From an uncultured Lachnospiraceae bacterium (GTDB lineage Bacteria > Bacillota > Clostridia > Lachnospirales > Lachnospiraceae), in assembly GCA_902781325.1 (NCBI GenBank), contig CACZJD010000003.1:3642-67641 (forward strand): a stretch of 64,000 nt of DNA, written 5' to 3'. Below, piece by piece: positions 58,501-64,000 of the stretch. The notes beneath the pieces were generated by a model. It made no database searches. It saw nothing but the letters and a program-made list of their open reading frames with translations, and had not been told where the DNA came from. Position 1 is the stretch's first letter. Each line of letters opens with the position of its first letter. Made by a program: the position numbers and the translations under genes.

Positions 58501-59538
58501 TACTATAGAGTTGCTGAATACATATTCAAAAATTACAGGCCGCTTTGCAGGTATGGAAATGATTATGCTGTTTGGTGTATTCCTGAAAAATACGATCTGT
58601 ATAAATCTAAACTTGCTGAGTATGCAGACCGTAAAGAGTACGTTCAGGATTTAGTAAGTTCAGAGTCTGTAGAAAGGATCAATGTGCAACTTGAGGAAGG
58701 TGAAGATGATTCTGTAACAGCAGCCAGAACTGAAGGAGAGCCGAAACTCTCAGAATTACAGAACCTGATCGATACATCGGCCTTTATCGGCCAGAAATTA
58801 CAGGTGACAATACAATACCAAACTGATTCCGCAGCTGCTCTGAAGATGTTTTATACAACAGAGAAAGAGGAGGAGTATACGGAAGAAAAAGTTGCAAAGG
58901 ATCTGATAAACGGTAAGGGAGAAGCAGCGTTTATAATTCCGATTACGGAATATACACGATTAAGGCTCGATCTATCGAATAAAAACAATGTAGTCATTAA
59001 GTCAATAAAGGCCGGGTATCCGGTTGAGTACATAGATTACGGTTATGATGGACCGATAGAAAACACGAGTGCTGACGGAAATAAATCATATTCTTATATA
59101 GGCCTGCTTCATAACATAAGAATTCAAAAACTTCCCGAAATCTGGGCAGAAGCAGATGGTAAGCGATCCGGGAGCAATCAGGAAATTTGCAGTTTAAATT
59201 ATTCTGATGGTGTTTACACATTTGACAGTTCAGCTCTGCAGCAATCGTCCAATGGAAATTATCTGAAGATCTCGGCATCATATGATGGGATGGATGAGAA
59301 CGGTAAATATAAAGTGGATGACGAAGAGATAGAAGCACAGGTGGTTTTTGGGCAATCAATAAATGGTGAGTTTATCGAAAAATACCGCTATAATATTGTT
59401 TTTGATGAAGGGAAGCATGATTATCTTATCAGATGCAGTACCGATTATTACTGGTATTTAAAAGAAGTGAATGCTGTAAAAATCGATACTCAAGGCAATT
59501 TAAGAAATGTAAGCATGAGTATATTAGAGGGCGATTAA
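55513..59538 (+). CDS. Very large multi-pass membrane protein (putative GT-C transferase)
   Basis: 1341 aa: TM, external beta-rich domain, roughly 20 hydrophobic segments, ~480-aa external C-terminal region. Confidence 0.75.
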   Translation: MREIALRRINTKIAIVVKIIICIFIIATIFRLLFSYGIDPYLNYNDYSVRNDNTGGESFDLSAYTAVEQEFTASGNILNNVSLYYGNAPDRDVTVSVLSLNGESVAATDLNTASLSKEGWNEIGLCTDELEKGTSYKISIESEEGLEGFAIGNGAAPEDYAALTSDGAIIDGKLLLGLNQTYSYLNLANAFEFALRCLFTLFTAIALCVSVIRFEKIYGAFVKGKRRGFSYALFFAGSLVLMYNPIDSSKTEVLDFSRVIGEGLNANVDVSRRIDNFNHWFIAFGIVFVLFYMLANYCLRKLKTKNQKKTAAFLNDFMVLANCKLILRCITYFKDWTSERPAFYYSQGVVLLISITVICYLVLSLDQFVNPETFEQLIVISFCLSAALAVFWGKELGSGRVVLGINVIAVFVVLVLCRFAGKLTSKQSVARIIRLTAIAVSFIPLCTSLYIEMIHVLNQHNVFVAHPAKYYKVACILGFIAFVAVLIIAEIKKIDIKKWKNIVFPSLVAGITCLCMQIPISSTYEPDLVEGANISVLVGDFLNYGDIPIVQHYSGHMMKYVWEGILYAIINGDFSGIVSPYSGLLYVVTAVLFYYLIAKVWNREMAIAATLLLPIMVHFFYYGYGILVCLAAMAYVRENSTGNAMVLWGTLVWCALHRLDMGFAFGLASIIALLIYVIINRNITACKQLGKTLIIWGAAGGLAWLILCLVKGINPVNRLIEFLMISLSNQNWAYEEIGSTDNMVFAWVYIIVPFVMVLTLLYTVLSKEFREKTGTEKWILLLILNLSYFQNFSRGLVRHSLYENNPAVVLFCAYLVLAMFLAFYKQNMRWFIPTFMLLIAVNGLFLNPASFASWPLAEHAVSSPEPIIESWKPGLFNGEGGFKTEWEKIKHDREKVERIVLADDLINYASGYELVLDKLLDEGETFADFMNKTLLYPVLGYNCPVYVSQSPLQLSGDFTQKEFIKEIKDVPIVLMPVDRGNYFCSTSLDGIANAYRYYRVAEYIFKNYRPLCRYGNDYAVWCIPEKYDLYKSKLAEYADRKEYVQDLVSSESVERINVQLEEGEDDSVTAARTEGEPKLSELQNLIDTSAFIGQKLQVTIQYQTDSAAALKMFYTTEKEEEYTEEKVAKDLINGKGEAAFIIPITEYTRLRLDLSNKNNVVIKSIKAGYPVEYIDYGYDGPIENTSADGNKSYSYIGLLHNIRIQKLPEIWAEADGKRSGSNQEICSLNYSDGVYTFDSSALQQSSNGNYLKISASYDGMDENGKYKVDDEEIEAQVVFGQSINGEFIEKYRYNIVFDEGKHDYLIRCSTDYYWYLKEVNAVKIDTQGNLRNVSMSILEGD

Positions 59539-59540
59539 TC

Positions 59541-60329
59541 ATGAAATTGTCGATATCAAATATCGGATGGACGAAAGAGAATGATTTAACAGTCTACGAA
59601 ATGATGAAGAATAAGGGATATGAAGGACTGGAGATAGCCCCTACCCGTATTTTCCCGGAGCATCCGTATGACAGGATTGAAGAGGCCAATGAGTGGGCGA
59701 AAGAACTTAAGGCGGGAAACGGATTTGTGATACCTTCTATGCAGTCAATATGGTATGGAAGAAGTGAAAAACTCTTTGGAACAGACGAGGAGCGGGCAGC
59801 CTTGGCTGATTATACTAAAAAGGCAATTGATTTTGCGGAGAGTATCGGCTGCAGGAATCTCGTTTTCGGCTGTCCCAGAAACAGGAACATGCCGGATGGA
59901 GCAGATGAGAATACAGCGGTTGTATTCTTCAGGGAAATGGGAGAATATGCGGCTGAGCACAATACTGTGATCGGAATGGAGGCAAATCCGCCGATATACA
60001 ACACGAATTATATCAATGATACAAAGGCTGCCCTTGATCTTATAGAAAAGGTCGGGTCAAAAGGGTTTAAACTGAATCTTGATGTCGGAACAATGATCGC
60101 AAATGAAGAAGAGGTCTCTGTTTTGGCCGGAAGAGAGCATTTTATAAACCATGTTCATATCAGTGAACCCGGACTCAAACCTATTGAGCAGCGCTGGCTG
60201 CACAAGGCTTTATCTGAACTTCTTAATGACTTTGGATATAACGGCTTTGTGTCTATTGAAGTCGGAAAGCAGGAAAACGTGGCTGAGCTGGATAGAATGA
60301 TGAGATATACAGAAGAAGTATTCGGATAA
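59541..60329 (+). CDS. Sugar-phosphate isomerase/epimerase (xylose-isomerase-like TIM barrel)
   Basis: MKLSISNIGW, EIAPT, EAN, LDVG, HVHISE, VSIE metal-ligand pattern; GAGG RBS before ATG 59541. Confidence 0.85.
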   Translation: MKLSISNIGWTKENDLTVYEMMKNKGYEGLEIAPTRIFPEHPYDRIEEANEWAKELKAGNGFVIPSMQSIWYGRSEKLFGTDEERAALADYTKKAIDFAESIGCRNLVFGCPRNRNMPDGADENTAVVFFREMGEYAAEHNTVIGMEANPPIYNTNYINDTKAALDLIEKVGSKGFKLNLDVGTMIANEEEVSVLAGREHFINHVHISEPGLKPIEQRWLHKALSELLNDFGYNGFVSIEVGKQENVAELDRMMRYTEEVFG

Positions 60330-60461
60330 ATCCGGATAGTAATCAGCGTTTTTACAGCTGCGCTTGTTGTATTAATAGCGGTTTTCCGATAGAGATCAGG
60401 AGAGATGGATATAAGCTGCAGCCTGTTCAGGTAATAAACACAACTACAGGGGAAAGTATAA

Positions 60462-61256
60462 ATGGTTTACGAAAGAAAAGAAGGTGTCCCCAGATTTGAG
60501 TGCACTGAGTATTCAGCCAAGACAAAGGACTATGTGGTTCTGATCCCGATCATCAACGAAGGAGACAGAATCCATAAGGAATTGAAAAGAGCGAAGGATC
60601 ACAATGTATCCTCGTATGCGGATATTGTGATCTGTGATGGCGGGTCATCAGACGGCTGCACTGCGGAAGACAAACTTAAGGCATTGGATGTGAATACATT
60701 GCTGGTTAAGCAGGACGCCGGGAAGCAGGGCGCCCAGCTCCGTATGGGTATATGGTGGGCGCTTGAGCGCGGCTATAAAGGGATCATAACGATCGACGGA
60801 AATAATAAGGACAGTATTGAAGACGTGCCGAAATTCATAGAAAAACTTGAAGAAGGGTACGATTTAGTTCAGGGATCAAGATTTATAAAAGGCGGTCATG
60901 CTGTAAATACACCGTTTATAAGGACTGTTTCTGTGAAGCTGATCCATGCCCCGATCATCTCTTTGACTGCGCATCAGAGATTCACGGATACTACAAATGC
61001 TTACAGAGGCTACTCAAGAAGATATCTTGAAGATGAGCGGGTACAGCCCTTGCGCGATGTTTTTATGACATATGAACTGCTGGCATATCTTTCTGTAAGG
61101 GCTACGCAGTTAGGGATGAAAGCCTGTGAAGTGCCGGTGACAAGGGCCTATCCTAAAAAGGGCAAGACACCGACAAAGATCAGTTTTTTCAAAGGCAACA
61201 GTGATTTGATGATGATTCTTATAAAGAATGCATTTGGAGCTTATAATCCAAAGTAA
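60462..61256 (+). CDS. GT2 polyprenol-phosphate glycosyltransferase (DPM1-like)
   Basis: IPIINEG, CDGGSSDG, IDGNNKD, QGSRF..GG, DTTNAYR, EVPV. Confidence 0.85.
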   Translation: MVYERKEGVPRFECTEYSAKTKDYVVLIPIINEGDRIHKELKRAKDHNVSSYADIVICDGGSSDGCTAEDKLKALDVNTLLVKQDAGKQGAQLRMGIWWALERGYKGIITIDGNNKDSIEDVPKFIEKLEEGYDLVQGSRFIKGGHAVNTPFIRTVSVKLIHAPIISLTAHQRFTDTTNAYRGYSRRYLEDERVQPLRDVFMTYELLAYLSVRATQLGMKACEVPVTRAYPKKGKTPTKISFFKGNSDLMMILIKNAFGAYNPK

Positions 61257-61270
61257 GGCGGTGACTGTAT

Positions 61271-61612
61271 ATGCTTAAGTCTATACAAATGAATAAAAAA
61301 GGCATCCTCCTCATGCTGATCTCTTCCCTCTGTGTATGTATAGGGCAGCTTCTGTGGAAACTGTCTGCAGACAAGGGGATCGTTGTCATGCTGGCAGGCT
61401 TTCTCTTTTATGGCGCAGGCGCATTGGTCATGTTGATCGCATACCGGTTCGGAAAGTTGTCCGTACTCCAGCCAATGTTAAGCTTAAATTATGTGCTTAG
61501 TATTATTCTTGCCGCAGTTGTTCTGAAAGAGAGCATTACCATTCTTAAATGCATAGGCGTAATAGTGATTATTGCAGGAGTGGTACTGATCGCCGGAGGT
61601 GATGAAGAATGA
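61271..61612 (+). CDS. Small DMT/EamA-like membrane protein (ArnE/F-like flippase subunit)
   Basis: 113 aa, 4 TMs, GQLLWK, LSVLQP..SL.YV, L.E. Confidence 0.8.
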   Translation: MLKSIQMNKKGILLMLISSLCVCIGQLLWKLSADKGIVVMLAGFLFYGAGALVMLIAYRFGKLSVLQPMLSLNYVLSIILAAVVLKESITILKCIGVIVIIAGVVLIAGGDEE

Positions 61613-61935
61613 CCATCTACATCTGCCTTATTCTAATGACCTTTATGGGAAGCATAGCTTCTTTGTTCCTTAAAAGAGCATCAGGGTCGGACGGAATAAA
61701 GAATATGCTTTTGAATCCTAATCTGTACATCGGCGGAATGCTGTATCTTCTGTCGGCAGTCCTGAATATCTGGATACTTCGATTTTTGGATTATTCCGTT
61801 GTCCTGCCGCTTACTTCTCTGACCTATGTGTGGACGATGATCATTTCGTATCTGGTCCTGAAAGAGAAGATAACGTTCAAGAAAATAGCAGGGGTACTCC
61901 TTGTGCTTGTCGGAGCGATTATTGTGTCGGCATAA
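61609..61935 (+). CDS. Small DMT/EamA-like membrane protein (ArnE/F-like flippase subunit)
   Basis: 108 aa, 4 TMs, YSVVLPLTSLTYVW, LKEKI; ATGA overlap with its partner. Confidence 0.8.
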   Translation: MTIYICLILMTFMGSIASLFLKRASGSDGIKNMLLNPNLYIGGMLYLLSAVLNIWILRFLDYSVVLPLTSLTYVWTMIISYLVLKEKITFKKIAGVLLVLVGAIIVSA

Positions 61936-61980
61936 TACGAGATTCCTTTTATCAAAATACAGTGAGACTGAAGAATTAAG

Positions 61981-62019
61981 AAAGGACTAACTTCCGGAAA
62001 CAGCGGAGTGGTCCTTTTT
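61981..62019 (+). terminator. Terminator of the island operon
   Basis: AAAGGACTA...TGGTCCTTTTT hairpin. Confidence 0.65.
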
Positions 62020-62041
62020 GCTTTCTCTTGTTCGTTTCGAC

Positions 62042-62070
62042 TTGCCCCCTGCGTGAGGCTCTGCTATAAA
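62042..62070 (+). promoter_or_regulatory. Putative sigma-A promoter
   Basis: TTGCCC-N17-TATAAA with extended TG. Confidence 0.4.
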
Positions 62071-62128
62071 GGAAATAGATGGTACTGCAAAAGCGCGGGA
62101 ACAGCGGCGTCAGGGGAGTTGGCACGGA

Positions 62129-62803
62129 ATGGATAACAGGGAGCGCAGACGGCGCAGTATAAGGAGAAGACGCGAACAGGAATTAAGGATCCAGTATATA
62201 GCGCTGGCCGTGGCGGCGGCACTCTTGGTACTGCTCATGTGTACCGGGATCGTCCGGTGGAGAGAGCGCGTCGCGGAGAAGAAACGGCTTGAAGAGGAAC
62301 TCGCGCTCCAGGAACGCGAAGAGGAGCTCCTGTCAGACAGTGTGCTGCAGTATGAAGATCTGGTGAAGTATTACGCCGAAGAGGAGGGCATTTACGAGTA
62401 TGTGCCGGTACTTCTGGCGATCATGGAAGTGGAGACCAAAGGCGAGCGGGACGATGTCATGCAGAGCAGCGAGTCTGCGGGACTTGAGCCCAATTCTCTG
62501 GGACCGGAGGAATCCATCGCCCAGGCATGCGACTATTTCCGGGGGCTTGTGGACAGGACGGAAGATCTGGACGTCGACCTCAACACGATCATCCAGGCGT
62601 ATAATTACGGCCCGGGTTATATGTACTATATCGCGGAAAACGGGGGCGTGCACTCTTTTGACCTGGCTGTGGAGTATGCCAAAGAGATGTCCGGCGGAAG
62701 AACCGCGAAATACACGCACTACATCGCGGATTTTAACGGAAACTGGATGTATCTGTACGGCAATATGTACTATGTGATGTTGGTGGAGCAGTACCTGCCC
62801 TGA
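62129..62803 (+). CDS. Membrane-anchored lysozyme-like (CwlT-type) muramidase
   Basis: LAIMEVE, DVMQSSES, QAYNYG, YGNMYY; N-terminal basic segment plus TM. Confidence 0.85.
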   Translation: MDNRERRRRSIRRRREQELRIQYIALAVAAALLVLLMCTGIVRWRERVAEKKRLEEELALQEREEELLSDSVLQYEDLVKYYAEEEGIYEYVPVLLAIMEVETKGERDDVMQSSESAGLEPNSLGPEESIAQACDYFRGLVDRTEDLDVDLNTIIQAYNYGPGYMYYIAENGGVHSFDLAVEYAKEMSGGRTAKYTHYIADFNGNWMYLYGNMYYVMLVEQYLP

Positions 62804-62882
62804 GACCGGTCAAAACATGGCGGCAGGCGGGTGTGCGGCGGACTTCAGGCAGCAGCCTTTGCCGAAAGCAGGAAAGGGAAAA

Positions 62883-63797
62883 ATGGAAGAGATCAACGAG
62901 AGCGGCTCTGCACCGGAAGAGCAAAAAAAGCAGCCCGACAAAGGCGAGATCAGAAAAAAGGCGAAGCATCTGGCCAGGAAGACCGCGGAGGACTGGACTG
63001 CGCGGGACGTGGGAACATACGCGTCCAGTATTGCGTTCTTCTTTTTCATGTCCCTGATCCCGCTCCTGATCATTGTCTTCCAGATGCTCCCTTTATTCGG
63101 GCTGTCCGAGTTTGACCTGATTAATTTTCTGTATCAAATGATCCCTGAAGCGATGCAGGGATTTGCGGCCATAGTTGTATCGCAGGCTTACAAGTATTCC
63201 ACGGGAACTCTTTCACTGTCAGTTATAACTCTTGTATGGTCCGCGTCGAAAGGGACGATGGCTCTGCGGCAGGGTCTTAACAGGGTCTATGATGTAGAAG
63301 AGACCCGCCCCTATCCGGTGCAGGTGCTGCTTGCGATCGGGTACACGGCAGCGCTTCTGGTGATGTTCGCCCTGATGCTCTTTCTGGTGTTCGTAGGCCC
63401 TGTCAGCACATATCTGACCGAGGTATTACCTGAGTTTATAACTAATCCCATAACCATTGAGATGCACGATCAGGTCCTGATCACTCTGTTCATGGTGGTC
63501 ATTTTCGTCATGATCTACACATATATTCCCTCCGGAAAAAGATCCTTCCTGCGGCAGTTCCCCGGCGCGCTGCTGGATGCTGTGGTGTGGATCATCTTCT
63601 CCGAACTGTTTTCAATCTATGTCGAGGGAAATAACGCGTACTCCATGTTTTATGGAAGCCTTGGAGGCATCGCGATCCTGCTCTTCTGGCTGTATTGCTG
63701 TTTCTATATTGTGCTGATCGGGGCGTTTTTTAACAAGTTCTGCGGGGAGCAATGGGACCAGATGGTCGGGCTGCTGAGGAGGAGAAAGAAAGAATAA
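62883..63797 (+). CDS. YihY/virulence factor BrkB-family membrane protein
   Basis: ASSIAFFFFMSLIP, WSASKG, LNRVY, YGSLGG...L.WLY. Confidence 0.88.
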   Translation: MEEINESGSAPEEQKKQPDKGEIRKKAKHLARKTAEDWTARDVGTYASSIAFFFFMSLIPLLIIVFQMLPLFGLSEFDLINFLYQMIPEAMQGFAAIVVSQAYKYSTGTLSLSVITLVWSASKGTMALRQGLNRVYDVEETRPYPVQVLLAIGYTAALLVMFALMLFLVFVGPVSTYLTEVLPEFITNPITIEMHDQVLITLFMVVIFVMIYTYIPSGKRSFLRQFPGALLDAVVWIIFSELFSIYVEGNNAYSMFYGSLGGIAILLFWLYCCFYIVLIGAFFNKFCGEQWDQMVGLLRRRKKE

Positions 63798-63816
63798 CAT
63801 CCTGATACCTGATAAT

Positions 63817-63859
63817 AAAAAACTGCCGCTCCCGAAAGGATTTCCGGGAGCGGCAATTT
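63817..63859. terminator. Bidirectional terminator
   Basis: TGCCGCTCCCG...CGGGAGCGGCA stem between convergent genes. Confidence 0.75.
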
Positions 63860-63890
63860 GTATGCTCTTCTGAACCAGTCTCTTTTTTGA

Positions 63891-64000
63891 TTATTCTTCC
63901 TCGTCGCTGAGGGCCTCGGTCTGCTGTACCAGAACCTTCTTGCTGTAGCTGGAGAAAGCATCTGCCACGAGCGCTTCATCCGGCTTGGGAGTGATCACGG
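63891..64000 (-). CDS. 3' end of a CDS continuing beyond the window
   Basis: Minus frame VITPKPDEALVADAFSSYSKKVLVQQTEALSDEEE-TAA with typical codon usage; not identified. Confidence 0.6.
   Translation of the reverse strand, partial: VITPKPDEALVADAFSSYSKKVLVQQTEALSDEEE

Larger units (their letters stand above)
52380..61980. other. AT-rich island: surface glycosylation operon
   Basis: Visibly lower GC and different codon usage (spot counts 15/60 G+C at 55561-55620 vs 37/60 at 26041-26100); eight co-oriented genes; no mobility gene seen. Confidence 0.75.

Noticed and set aside
52380-61980. Island as an active mobile element
   Set aside because: No integrase, transposase, tRNA target or flanking direct repeats found by eye
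62129-62803. CwlT-like lysozyme as a sign of a conjugative element
   Set aside because: No T4SS, relaxase or integrase genes nearby, and host-like GC

Overview
This is a 64-kb chromosomal segment from a moderately high-GC Firmicute. Gene content (butyryl-CoA:acetate CoA-transferase, domain-permuted GH3, YfhO/GtrA proteins) suggests a butyrate-producing Lachnospiraceae-like gut or rumen anaerobe (inference). Most of the window is housekeeping: pfs, luxS, split cobalamin methionine synthase, deoC, trxAB, but, tex, dapA, serA, larBC, malic enzyme, galK, an alpha-glucan phosphorylase, two two-component systems and cell-wall enzymes. I found no rRNA, tRNA, CRISPR, transposase or integrase. Five things stand out. 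(1) An AT-rich ~9.5-kb island (52.4-62.0 kb) encodes an apparently complete lipid-carrier glycosylation system with three sugar-tailoring enzymes and a 1341-aa membrane protein. (2) An ECF sigma factor, an RsbW-like kinase and a 78-aa protein form a module, and the small protein carries an internal double-glycine-type leader motif. (3) A ~140-nt candidate sRNA, bounded by a promoter and terminator, carries two GGAGGTACnnTCCA motifs. (4) trxB has no stop codon at the expected position and runs 277 nt antisense into deoC. (5) Identical 32-bp hairpins in inverted orientation flank a 5.2-kb block. All family assignments come from motif recognition by eye; no searches were run.
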